Shown: positions 42,775 to 52,536, counted from the stretch's first letter. The stretch is 64,000 bases of DNA from an uncultured Actinomycetota bacterium (GCA_963823755.1 CAWGMP010000026.1:12976-76975), one strand, 5' to 3'. Numbers and translations are program-made. The notes: generated from the letters alone by a model not told the origin.

Positions 42775-43113
42775 GGAGACCGACGTGCCGGTCGGGGCCT
42801 CGAGCTTCTGTCTGCGCTCCACCGACCCAGGCGATCAAGGCCGTGGCGGAGGGCCCGGAGCCCGACTTCCTACGACGCCGAGCGGTCATCGTGGGTCACC
42901 AGAGATCTCCTCAGGGTAGTGGAACTGGGGAAGAATACAGCTCTCCGAGCACAGTTCCAGACCCATCACTCTTCCGGCGCAGCGCTGACGACGCAGGTGA
43001 GAATCGCTGATGCCCTCCGCCGGCCGCTGCAAGCCGCGCACCCTTGATCTCCTCGAAAAGAAAGCCTACCCTTACCTGCCCGGGGGTTGGTTTGCCTGAT
43101 TTGGGAGCTATCT

Positions 43114-44457
43114 ATGCACCTGGGTGGACATGCTGTCGGGTTGGTTCGTCGTGGCGTTGCGTGTCTCGCCCTCGTCGGTGTAGCCGCGTGCAGCAGCACC
43201 GGCGCTACCTCTGGCGGGACGCCGCCGCCGGACAACCACTACCGTCAAGTCAACCTGGCGGCTAACTCCGAGGCGTACAAGGCGCGTTTCACCATGCCGG
43301 AGATGGTGAACGCGTGGGGTGTCGCGATCCGCCCCAAGGGCGCGGGCGGGCATTTCTGGGTCGCCGCCGGTAACGCGTCCTATGAGTTCGTCGGCGACGT
43401 CGGTGCGGCTAGCGACCAGAAGATGCGGGAACTGCACCAGGATCCGCTCAAGGCGGTGACGATCCCGGGCACCGACATCAAGACGGACACCACGAGCGTC
43501 GGCAAGGCCACCGGGGTGGTCTTCAACGGCGCCGATATCAACTCGGACAAGTTCGTCGTGACCAACCAACCAGCGCAGGTCGATGGGCGCACGGTCATGC
43601 TGGGGGGCTCGGCGCGGTTCATCTTCGCCACCGACTCCGGGCGCATCGCCGCATGGGGTGAACGCGGACCAGACGGCAAGGTCGTGCGGGTGGACGGGCC
43701 GAGCCAGGAGGTGTTCAACGGGGACCCCCAGGGCATGAAATTCTTTGGGTTGGCGATCAGGCAGGATCGCTTCGACACCCTGTGGGCCGCCGATTTCGGT
43801 TCTGATCCGCAGATCCGCCAATTCGACAAGAACTGGAAATTGGTACCGACCCAGGGCTTCGCCAACCCGTTCGCCACCGGCGCCGCCGCTGACCCAACCG
43901 ACCAGGCCAAGGGCAAGAAGGCCACGCCGGGTGACCCGGTTCCGTGGAACATCACCACCGTCGGTGACCGGGTCTTCGTCTCCTATGCGATCTCCAAGGC
44001 ACCCGACAAGCCGGAACCCGGCGGCCCGGCGTTCGACGCCGGCGAGGAAGACTCCCTGAACAAGGAGCAGGAAAAAGCCACCGGGAGTCACCCGGACAAG
44101 GGCAAACTCGCCGAGTTCACCAGCGCAGGCGCATTAGTCCGGGTATTCGGAGACGACGGCAGGCTGGACGCTCCGTGGGGGGTTGCGGTGGCTCCGGCGA
44201 GCTTCGGCCCGATGGGCGGTAAGATCCTGGTGGGCAATTTCGGCGGCGCCGGGAGGATCGCGGCGTTCGACGACGCCACCGGTAAATTCGTCGACTACCT
44301 GCGCGACGAACAGGGATCACCGGTAGGTATCGACGGCATCTGGAACATCCTGTTCGGCAACGGGGAAAGCCTCGGCGACGCAGACGCCCTGTACTTCGCG
44401 GCTGGGCCGGCTGAAGAGAAGGAAGCTCTCTTCGGTAAGCTACAAGTCGCCCGCTGA
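43114..44457 (+). CDS. TIGR03118-like beta-propeller lipoprotein
   Basis: ATG at 43114. Lipobox LALVGVAAC. The mature N-terminus YRQVNLAANSEAY...MVNAWGVAIRPKGAGGHFWVAAGN matches my memory of the TIGR03118 family signature. Confidence 0.55.
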   Translation: MHLGGHAVGLVRRGVACLALVGVAACSSTGATSGGTPPPDNHYRQVNLAANSEAYKARFTMPEMVNAWGVAIRPKGAGGHFWVAAGNASYEFVGDVGAASDQKMRELHQDPLKAVTIPGTDIKTDTTSVGKATGVVFNGADINSDKFVVTNQPAQVDGRTVMLGGSARFIFATDSGRIAAWGERGPDGKVVRVDGPSQEVFNGDPQGMKFFGLAIRQDRFDTLWAADFGSDPQIRQFDKNWKLVPTQGFANPFATGAAADPTDQAKGKKATPGDPVPWNITTVGDRVFVSYAISKAPDKPEPGGPAFDAGEEDSLNKEQEKATGSHPDKGKLAEFTSAGALVRVFGDDGRLDAPWGVAVAPASFGPMGGKILVGNFGGAGRIAAFDDATGKFVDYLRDEQGSPVGIDGIWNILFGNGESLGDADALYFAAGPAEEKEALFGKLQVAR

Positions 44458-44498
44458 TACTGCTCGGCGGTAGAGCCCGCAGATCCCCATTCCGAGTC

Positions 44499-46196
44499 TT
44501 ACCGGCTCCGGCTCCCGCCTATCTTCGAATAACCGTCGCAACCCAGGAGCCTGCACCGGAAATCTGGTGATCGCAAGACCGTCCGCAAGGCCACGATCGG
44601 CGGGCTGTCGAAAACCCGGCCCGGCAGGACGAGCACCTCGCTTGTCGAACTCGTTCGGGCGATTTCGAGGACCGTGACCGCACCGACACGCGCGATGAGT
44701 GCGGCTATGGGGTCTGCCTCAGCGCGGTGGTCCAGGGCCAGCGCCGCCCCGTGGCACAGACCGGTCGCCAGTGCCTCGCACGCATCCCGGGCACCGGACT
44801 CCGTCCAGTGCACCGATCCGCGAGCTATCCCATGGTGGCACAGCTCGACCAGGACGTCCGTCGCAGGCGAACACAGACCGCTGATCATAGTGGTCATTGC
44901 GGGGAACGCGGCGCCCACGATCGGGACGGCTCGCACCTCAGCGCCCGTGGCGAAACCAGCAGTCCCGATGGGGATTCGCAACATCGCCTCGGTCTGAACG
45001 AGCGCGTTCAGCGCGCCGGCTCCACGCCGCAGCGGGGTGGCCACCAGAGTCTCCCGGGCGGTACGCGGGTCGACGATGCGCGCAAGCCGCAGCCGCACGT
45101 ACTCGTCCAGATGCTCGGCCGAGGTCACGGCACAGCCCAGCCGGGCCGGCACTCCAGCCTGCCCTGCCGATCCGCCCAGTTTCAGCATGCTCCGGAGGAG
45201 GGGCGCGACGAAGCACACGAACGCGCGCTCTGCCGAGGCCGGGTAACCCGGCACCCCGACCACCGGAACCGGATGGTTACCGGACAGCATCCCGAGCAGG
45301 ACCGGATGCCCGGGCCGCATCGCGACGCCGTGCACGGCGACGCGGCCGAGGCGACGCACGACTGCGGGAGTGTGGTCGTCACGGCCGACACTCGAACCAG
45401 CGATCACCAGCACGACATCGGCGCGATGCGCCGCCTGCGCCACGGCGGCGGTGAGCTGATCCGGCTGGTCCGGCGCGATCGGCATCCGCAGGACGTCGCC
45501 ACCGGCCTCCTCGGCCATCCCGGCCAGCATCAGCGAGTTCGTATCGAGCACCTCGCCGGGCGCGAGGACGTCGCCGAACGGACGCACCTCGTCCCCGGTC
45601 GGCAGGATTGCCACCACCGGCCGGCGCCGGACACGGACCGTGCGGTGGCCCGCGGCGGCCAACGCGGCGACGTCGACCGGCCGGATGCGATGGCCAGCCG
45701 GCAGCACCATCTCCCCCACCTGGATGTCCTCGCCGACAGACCGCACGTGACGGCCCGGGGCGACCGAGGTGCCGATCTCGGCGCTGCCGTCGGTACCGAG
45801 CAGAACGTGCTCACGCATGATCACGGCATCGAACTCGTCGGGCATCGGATCGCCGGTGTCGATGAGATCGAATTCTCCGCGTGGCAGCCGAGCGGGCCGC
45901 TGCGGTATCGCGGTGCTCGTGCCGGCGGCGTGCACCGCGATGCCGTCCATGGCCGCGGCCCGGTAGGCAGGCACGGGCCACAGCGCCCGCACCAGCTCTG
46001 CGGTGACCCGCCCGCTGGCCGCGGTGACTCCGACGACCTCGGCATCAGTCACCGCGACCCACCCGGATCGCATGCAGGTCTGCATCCACGCCCGGAACGC
46101 CTCGGCTACCGGGTCCGCCCCGACCGCGGCTCCTCGACGGGCCGGCGGCACTTCACCCGCCGGCCCGTCGAGGAGCCGCGGCCATGTCACTGCCAC
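44499..46196 (-). CDS. moeA: molybdopterin molybdotransferase MoeA with C-terminal extension
   Basis: The MoeA core is present (AAMDGIAV, VAILPTGDEV, DTNSLMLAG, VLVIAGSSVGRDD, VAMRPGHP, GVPGYPAS). An additional C-terminal domain of about 130 aa follows. Confidence 0.75.
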   Translation of the reverse strand: MAVTWPRLLDGPAGEVPPARRGAAVGADPVAEAFRAWMQTCMRSGWVAVTDAEVVGVTAASGRVTAELVRALWPVPAYRAAAMDGIAVHAAGTSTAIPQRPARLPRGEFDLIDTGDPMPDEFDAVIMREHVLLGTDGSAEIGTSVAPGRHVRSVGEDIQVGEMVLPAGHRIRPVDVAALAAAGHRTVRVRRRPVVAILPTGDEVRPFGDVLAPGEVLDTNSLMLAGMAEEAGGDVLRMPIAPDQPDQLTAAVAQAAHRADVVLVIAGSSVGRDDHTPAVVRRLGRVAVHGVAMRPGHPVLLGMLSGNHPVPVVGVPGYPASAERAFVCFVAPLLRSMLKLGGSAGQAGVPARLGCAVTSAEHLDEYVRLRLARIVDPRTARETLVATPLRRGAGALNALVQTEAMLRIPIGTAGFATGAEVRAVPIVGAAFPAMTTMISGLCSPATDVLVELCHHGIARGSVHWTESGARDACEALATGLCHGAALALDHRAEADPIAALIARVGAVTVLEIARTSSTSEVLVLPGRVFDSPPIVALRTVLRSPDFRCRLLGCDGYSKIGGSRSR

Positions 46197-46663
46197 CTTC
46201 GCTCTTTCCCGGACCAGTTTGGAGAGTGACGGTTCATCGAACTCAGCAATCCGTCACCGACACCGGAGCATATGCGCTGCCAGGTTCCTGGAACACCTAC
46301 GTTTGCAAGTGCATACGTTGAGACCAGCAGCACACTGTCACTGAACTGCGGATTCACCAACTTGAAACCGTCTCGTCACGGAGGGTTTTCGACCGGTACC
46401 CGGCCTTTGCAAGGATAGTCCACACTCTGGCAACCGCAAATGGACCGCCCCAGGAGTGGCGGACATCAGCCGGGAGAAGCTCACAGAGCGGGGTTACCTG
46501 CGGCTCAACGTCGGAGTCCCCATGTCCCAGCGCCGCACGCCGAGGGCAACTTCCCGACCCGGCGAAGCACTGATGCCCGGCCTGGTCATAGGCCATGGTC
46601 GGGCACTGGGCCAGGCCAGCACAGCCGATCCAACGCACGCGGTGCGCTGTCGCACGGTAGGGA

Positions 46664-46900
46664 TCAGTCAGCGGTGCGGGCCCCGGTCACCGGACCCGCA
46701 CCGTGACCATCGGCGGCAACAGTGAGCGAGTGCGACGGTTGAACGAGTTCACCCGATGTCATTGCTTTCTGCGCTTGTTCTATCCTTCGCCGGTCACGTC
46801 CAGCTCTCCACATAAGACCAGCAAGCCCGATGCTCGTGAAGACCAATCCTACGATTAGGAGGATAATCGCCAGCGTCAGCGTCTGGATGATAGCTCCCAT
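46664..46900 (-). CDS. small single-TM membrane protein
   Basis: ATG at 46900 is preceded by GAGAGGA. The sequence MGAIIQTLTLAIILLIVGLVFTSIGLAGLMW is followed by a charged tail. Lies in a low-GC accessory stretch. Confidence 0.4.
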   Translation of the reverse strand: MGAIIQTLTLAIILLIVGLVFTSIGLAGLMWRAGRDRRRIEQAQKAMTSGELVQPSHSLTVAADGHGAGPVTGARTAD

Positions 46901-47601
46901 TGGTTGTCCTCTCATGTCCCGAGGTGTGAGTTGGGCATGAGGCGGCACCCGTACGTTTAGTCATCGCCTCATTACAGAACGCTTGCGCAACCTGCGTTCC
47001 GAGGTCCCCGATGAACGAACATGGAGAACACCTGGAACGGGCTCGCCTTCCAATGATCCTTCGCGGGGTGCGCCACAGTGGGTTGATCTTGATAGCTCGA
47101 TCGAAGACATACCTCCGATCGCGATCCGGGACAAAGCAGCACTTTTCATAATAATTTTAGCTCAATCGAGCCAACTAGGCTACCCGTACGGGTGATAGTT
47201 TCACCTACATGTTACCGTGAGTGGATTTACTTTATTGCCGCAATCTTCGCGTCAACTGCCGGATCCCTCATGTTCACTTTGGGAGGCAACGTCCCTTGAT
47301 GACATTAGGTGCGCACGGGAGGTGACGGCTGCAGCTCGGTATGAAGTGGTCTCGGTGGTAATCTGCGCACGTACCGTTGCCGCGCAAGCCGGAGGAAACT
47401 AGCTCGGCGTGGCGGCTGGCCAGCACAACGTTCACCAAATCGGCGTTAGCGGTCTTGAGCGGGTCCCGGTCGCGGTGACAACGGACCTGCGCAGCAGCTC
47501 GCCGGTCTGGGAGGCTGATATTTCACGCTGTTACCAATTGTGGTAGTGAGCGCATGCGACTTCCGTCAGTCGGCTGGATCGTGTCTCATGAGAGGTTTTG
47601 C

Positions 47602-47648
47602 GGGGTAGGCGATACCAGGATCGAAGCGTGACCTCTCCGGTGTGAGCT
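47602..47648 (-). repeat. degenerate copy of the 3' half of tRNA-Val(CAC) (att-like island boundary)
   Basis: ggggtaggcgataccaggatcgaagcgtgacctctccggtgtgagc aligns in the same orientation with 55091..55138 (ggggtgggcgatactgggatcgaaccagtgacctcttcggtgtgaacg). By eye this is about 39 of 47 positions with one gap. Confidence 0.6.
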
Positions 47649-47822
47649 GATCGGCCATGCGTTCGCGTGCCTGAGGCGTCGTTATGTGCCACTGAGCGCT
47701 GGCTACCTGCCCCCGTGTGGATCGACCCGTGACGGCGCGTCACGTCACACCGCTTCCCCTGACGGCTCGCTGATGATGATCACCTGCGAACAGCGGTCGC
47801 GCTGAGTTATCGTCGATGGAAA

Positions 47823-47839
47823 GGCCGCGACGTGCGGCC
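47823..47839 (-). terminator. hairpin terminator after the 39-aa peptide gene
   Basis: On the minus strand, GGCCGC-ACGTC-GCGGCC is followed by TTTCC, 8 nt after the TGA at 47848. Confidence 0.45.
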
Positions 47840-47847
47840 GAGGCCGG

Positions 47848-47967
47848 TCACATGTTGCGGATCCGCAGATAGCGGCGGATATCTGGGATCGTGAACACTA
47901 CGAGAGCGATCAAGATAACGACGATGATCGCTGCCAGGACTGTTGCGATGTAGCCAACGATGTACAT
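47848..47967 (-). CDS. 39-aa hydrophobic peptide (DUF6893-like small membrane protein)
   Basis: Not in the ORF track (under 60 aa). ATG at 47967 follows GATGAGGAC. The peptide is MYIVGYIATVLAAIIVVILIALVVFTIPDIRRYLRIRNM. The C-terminal PDI.RYLR.R.M motif resembles a small actinobacterial protein family from memory. A terminator hairpin lies downstream. Confidence 0.45.
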   Translation of the reverse strand: MYIVGYIATVLAAIIVVILIALVVFTIPDIRRYLRIRNM

Positions 47968-48705
47968 ATGTCCTCATCTGTTTTTAGCGGTTCAGCACCC
48001 CGACAACGTCGAGGCGACCACCCGCGGCGGGCGGTAGATTGGGTTTGGTAGGGTCAAGGTGGCATAGGTGGTGGTGTCTGATAGTTCTGGACAGGGTTGG
48101 TGACCAGGCCGCTGCGGTGATCAGGTAAAGGCGGGTGTAGTCGGTGAGGCTGGCAGATGACTTTGTCTCGCGGCCCCAACCGTGAATGCGGCACCGTCGG
48201 CGATGTTCAGCTCGAGGGCTCTCCTTAGCACGACCCTGCCTCGACGGCCACCGCACACCGCGGGATCGACCTTACGATACAGAGAAAATACTCTAGCCGA
48301 GAGTGTGAACAACTCTGCCGGCCTCGGCCGATCCCCAAGGAAGCTCACCACGGCCACAGCCCTCCCCCCGTCGTGGTCCACGCTGTCACCCACAAGAAAA
48401 CCTCAGTGCCATCGTGGTCCACGGTGGCCGTCGACCACTTAGCTGCCGTCCAGGGCAACATCACCGCCAGTGTAGCCCTTGTGCACGCAAACTGCACGTC
48501 AAACCTGGTCAGGGCCGATTCGTACGGGGACCTGCGGCTGGGTTCGACTTCACCGCCATCACCCATGTCGGCTGGTGGCTGGTCGTCAAGGGACAAAGCG
48601 GGCCCGGCGACCGCCGGGCCGCCTCCCAAGTCGCCATCGATTTGGTCAACCGCCAAGAGTTGTTCAGCGCCGACCGTGTTCCGGAGGGCTTGCGACCGGG
48701 GGGAG

Positions 48706-48762
48706 GTGCCGCCTCCTCGATCGTCGCCGGGATGCCCTGCGACGATCGAGGAGGCGGCACCC
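48706..48762. repeat. perfect 23-bp inverted repeat with 11-nt loop
   Basis: GGTGCCGCCTCCTCGATCGTCGC-cgggatgccct-GCGACGATCGAGGAGGCGGCACC, in a region without a convincing ORF. Confidence 0.8.
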
Positions 48763-49079
48763 GTCTCGCGGACTTGCCCGAGAACCAGAAGCCAACGACG
48801 GCATGGCTCATCGGGCTGAGGTGAAACCCCATTGGTCTTTGATCGTTACTCCGACCACTTGATGTATTCTGCGGGCTTGGCCTTCACTTCGTGATAGTGA
48901 TAACCGGTGAAGAGGTTACCCTTCCACTGGAATGTTTCATCAGATTCAGCGGCGGATGGTGAGCTAAATAGCGGCTCCGCTCGATCTGCTCGGCCACGGA
49001 TGGGTGGCGGGCACTCTCCGGCGTGTCCATTCAGGGGTTGAGCTGCTGTGCCAGGGTGTTGGGGTGTGGGTAACTGGGG

Positions 49080-49190
49080 TTTGTCTTTGAGAGCGGTGTG
49101 GATGGCGTCGATGGCGCGGACGCCGTTGTTGCGGGGGCTGATGAGGTAGGAGCGGACGGCGTAACCCTGAAGCATGCATAGGCCCGCCAT
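49080..49190 (-). pseudogene. remnant of an rve (integrase-core) transposase C-terminus
   Basis: The translated fragment ISPRNNGVRAIDAIHTALKDK resembles the conserved P.TNGKVERFHRTLK segment of IS481/IS3-type transposases. There is no upstream catalytic region. Confidence 0.3.
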
Positions 49191-50259
49191 GGCGGTTTGG
49201 GACCGAGATCCGATCGGGGCGTATCGGGCGTATCACACCAGCCGCGCATTGGGGGTGCGCGCCGTGACCGCGTGCGGAGACTCGGGCACCGGTACCGTGC
49301 TCATCGGTGTCCCTGTAGATCATGTTGGCCGGGGTCTCGTCACCGCAGAAGATCCTCCTCAGCCCGCAGCGCGGTTTTCATTGCCTCATCGAATCCGACC
49401 GCATCCAGGCGCTGAGTGGGTGGCCCGCTACCGGAGCGGCACTGCACGTCGGGTGCGAAAAGCGATGCGGGGGATGCGCACACTCTGGCCATATGGTGCG
49501 CATGGATGCCCATCAGCTTCGCGCGGTGGCCGGGGACACCCCGTTGGTGGAGAGTCAAAGTGCTCGCTCGAACGCATCAGAGTCTGATCTGGGATCGGCA
49601 GCGAAAGCTGCTGCGGTTGCGCGCTGCATTGCGGGAGTTTTTCTTCGCCGCGCTGGCGACATTTCCCGATCTGACGGCGGTGGATGCGGTGGAGCTGCTG
49701 GCCGCCGCGTCAGATCCGGCCATGGCGCCCGGTTTGTCTCGGGCCCGGATCGCTGGTGCGCTCACGCGGGCCTGGCGCCGTGACGTGGCGGCCACGGTCG
49801 CGGTGATCAGTACCTTCAACGCCCAGATCGCCATCCTGTCGGGGCAGGTGGAGACCCATTTTGGCCGACACCCGGACGCTGAGATCATCTGGCCCAGCCC
49901 GGACTCGGACAGATCCTTGGCACCCGGGTGCTGGCATAGCGATCGGGCACGGAAGAACGATGCCGGCACCACCACCCCCAATCACCCGTACGTCTGAAGA
50001 GGAGAACCGTGCTCGCCCGCCACGTCCGCAACCACCGCCTCGGCGACGCGCTCCACCAACAGGCCTTCTGTGCGCTCAACGCCTCCCCGGTGCTCGGGCC
50101 TACTACGACCAGCCCAGGGCCCGCGGCGAGCGCCACCACGCCGCACTGCGCCAGCTGGGCAACCGGCTAGTCGGCATCCTGCACGGTTGCCTGAAAACCC
50201 GCACCCGCTACGACGAGACCTGCCCGATCTTCCAAGTAGGGATGCAAGGTGGTCCGTGA
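49189..50259 (+). mobile_element. IS110-family transposase pseudogene (multiple frameshifts)
   Basis: Pieces lie in three frames: VPVDHVGRGLV, VARYR|ERHCTSGAKSDAGDAHTLA, KVLARTHQSLIWDRQRKLLRLRAALREFF, ...HFGRHPDAEI..., and GARAYYDQPRARGERHHAALRQLGNRLVGILHGCLKTRTRYDE. Confidence 0.75.
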
Positions 50260-50289
50260 TCGTCAAGTAACAGTGCAACCCGCAGGAGC

Positions 50290-50545
50290 TGAATAGGTCC
50301 TACGTCATCCACCGCATGATCATCGATCAGGCAGCCGCAGGACGCGGCGTCGGCGTGTTCATGCTCAAACATGCGGAGCCCTTGGCCCGGCGGGACGTCC
50401 ACACCATGCTTATCTTGACGCCTGGACGTCGAACCCCGCTCTACACACCTACTACGAATCCCAAGGGTTCCGACAAGTCAGAACCGTAGCGCCACAACAC
50501 ACTTGGCGCCGATTATTCGAACAATCGACGTCTGGCCCAGAGTGA
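50290..50545 (+). pseudogene. C-terminal remnant of a GNAT N-acetyltransferase (truncated, frameshifted)
   Basis: YVIHRMIIDQAAAGRGVGVFMLKHAEPLARR (acetyl-CoA binding Q/RxxGxG/A) is followed, in another frame, by LDAWTSNPALHTYYESQGFRQVRTV. There is no N-terminal half. Confidence 0.5.
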
Positions 50546-50566
50546 TCATACCTCATTGTTGATCGA

Positions 50567-51199
50567 TCATTGCCGGCCTTCTACAACAGCGACTTGAAAA
50601 GCTCGCCATTCATCAGGACAATACGCAGTTCCTATTGTGTAGCACGGCCAAAATTCCCATACTCCTTTCTTGGCAACCAGAATAGAATCAGAAATGACGA
50701 GCGTGTCACCAGGCGCAAGCGTCTTATTGTAGTTCTCTTCTCCAAAATCACTATGTCCTCTTGATGGATCGCGAGCACCCACAAATGTAGGTCCTAGCGT
50801 GACCGGTTGTTTCCCGTCATTCTGGAGTGTGAACTTGACTGTAATGTAATCATTGACTTGCGGGGGTTTATGCTGACCAATAGCCTGTAACCCTGAGACT
50901 CTAATCTTGTCGGGTGATACAGCCATACTGTCATCCGTGTAAATAGTTGACCCTCCCAGAACATTAGAAGGCGGCACGCCTGACGTATTCGCCGTGTTTG
51001 CCTCTTCGCTCCTAGGTGGATAATAGGGACTGATCGGGAACAATATAAGCGCCGCCCCCAAGACCAGGACGACCAGTCCAGACGGTACGCTAATTTTTAA
51101 TCCCGCACGCTCAACGGCTGTGATGACACCCGGTTTAACTAGAAGGATCCCACCGAAGATAATCAAGGCGGAACCGACAATTTCTAAGAATATGAGCAA
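50567..51199 (-). CDS. AT-rich ORFan: two-TM membrane protein with an extracytoplasmic domain of about 130 aa
   Basis: The probable TTG start at 51199 is preceded by AAAGGGAG. GC is 43-50% in the two 60-nt stretches I counted, versus about 70% around it. The protein reads LLIFLEIVGSALIIFGGILLV...VLVLGAALILFPI, then a Ser/Thr/Asn-rich linker and a beta-rich domain ending ...GVWEFWPCYTIGTAYCPDEW. I do not recognise any family. Confidence 0.6.
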   Translation of the reverse strand: MLIFLEIVGSALIIFGGILLVKPGVITAVERAGLKISVPSGLVVLVLGAALILFPISPYYPPRSEEANTANTSGVPPSNVLGGSTIYTDDSMAVSPDKIRVSGLQAIGQHKPPQVNDYITVKFTLQNDGKQPVTLGPTFVGARDPSRGHSDFGEENYNKTLAPGDTLVISDSILVAKKGVWEFWPCYTIGTAYCPDEWRAFQVAVVEGRQ

Positions 51200-52136
51200 G
51201 GTCGGCACTCCCTTTCTGCAGTTCCGGCTCTCGCGGAGTTTCTCGTGCAGGCGCCGCAGCTGGTTGTCGCCCACGCCTTAGTCCGGCGCGAGGGCAACTG
51301 TAGCATCGCCGTCCCCGAATGGGGGGACATCGGCGCCGTGATTGGGCACGGAGGCTCGGACGAAGGGTGGTCGATTCCACACACCGCTACCAGACGTTCG
51401 AGCACTGGGGTGTGGCGCCGCCACGGAGCGTACTTCGACCTGCCACAAACAGGGTGAGTCCTGGTCACCGGGGGTGCTTGGATGCGCGGCACCGAGCCGG
51501 ACATAGTTCGATCTCAACCAGCTCGACACCCGTAACGCCCAACGCAAGTACATGACCGTCGCGGCTACCCGCAAGGTCAACCTCATCGCATGACGGAGAG
51601 CAGTGGAAACACGCTCAAGCATGCGCCCGAGGGCCTCGCAAGCCATGACGCAAGCAATCTTCGATGTGATTAGGTGCGTGTCCGTGGCCACCTGTCCGAC
51701 AACTGGGACACGCATAGAGCGCGACTACCCGTGAACAGCCGGACACGATAGGACAGCGCCGGACACCACGAAGGTCGGCGATCCTGGGTCACTAGTCAAT
51801 GGCGCGATCAGGGCCGACCTGAACACTGGCCGCCAACCGAGAACCGAGGAGTCGATGCGCGAAATCCTGCACGAGTTGTGCACGACAGATCCGACCGCAC
51901 TGGATGTCACCGACCCAGATGAACATCACACCGCGGTGGCCCGGACAATCATCGCGGCTGGCCCACCTGCACTATGGAGACATGCGACAAGCCGATCAAG
52001 GAAAATGGGCCAAGCCGATCTAGTTTACACATGCCGTCGTCAGCACGCCGGTCACGGTCTAGATCCCGCCGACCGGAGCTCTCGACCGCAACCAGCCGAT
52101 GCGCGCGTTCGGGCATGGGGTGAAGCCCGACCCCGG

Positions 52137-52343
52137 CTAGGAGTTCATCCAGAACCACGTCATCTGTGGATCCTCAGGATTTCCGTTTCCCCGGCCGTCG
52201 TCTGCTCGCCGCATGTCGATCGAGGTTGTATCTATACGGCTTCGCAAGGTTCGTCGACTGGGCAAAGAGGCGTACACGAACAGCGCGATGCCCAGGACCA
52301 GCAGGAACAACAGCATAATCCTGAGTGTCCTTTTTGCGAACAT
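52137..52343 (-). CDS. possible 68-aa single-TM protein
   Basis: ATG at 52343, MFAKRTLRIMLLFLLVLGIALFVYASL... No clear RBS and atypical codon usage. Weak call. Confidence 0.25.
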   Translation of the reverse strand: MFAKRTLRIMLLFLLVLGIALFVYASLPSRRTLRSRIDTTSIDMRRADDGRGNGNPEDPQMTWFWMNS

Positions 52344-52536
52344 GCGTGTCAAGAGTGCGAGTCCCAGCTTGCAAGGCTGTGCCCGATGGGCCGTCAGGGG
52401 CCCCGATCTGTGGTCAGACCGGGTCACAAGGCGCCTCGATATTGCCTGGGCCTCTCGGGAGTTTTGGAGGGCGGTCCATTCCGGCCAGGTGGTGCAGGCA
52501 AACCAGGCCCGTCGTCGACACGTAGTTGCACACTCC

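Noticed and set aside
47602-47648. A possible additional functional tRNA gene.
   Set aside because: Only the 3' half is present. The T-arm arms are no longer complementary (ccagg...cgtg), and there is no D-arm or 5' acceptor strand. It is a fragment or att remnant, not a gene.
49240-49323. The minus-strand peptide MIYRDTDEHGTG as a DDE motif extending the rve remnant.
   Set aside because: This stretch is better explained on the plus strand by the IS110 N-terminal region (VPVDHVGRGLV...VARYR). The two readings are mutually exclusive, and the IS110 evidence is much stronger.
51278-51715. 145-aa minus-strand ORF next to the AT-rich gene.
   Set aside because: No RBS, no recognisable motif and mixed composition. 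It is not distinguishable from a random open frame.
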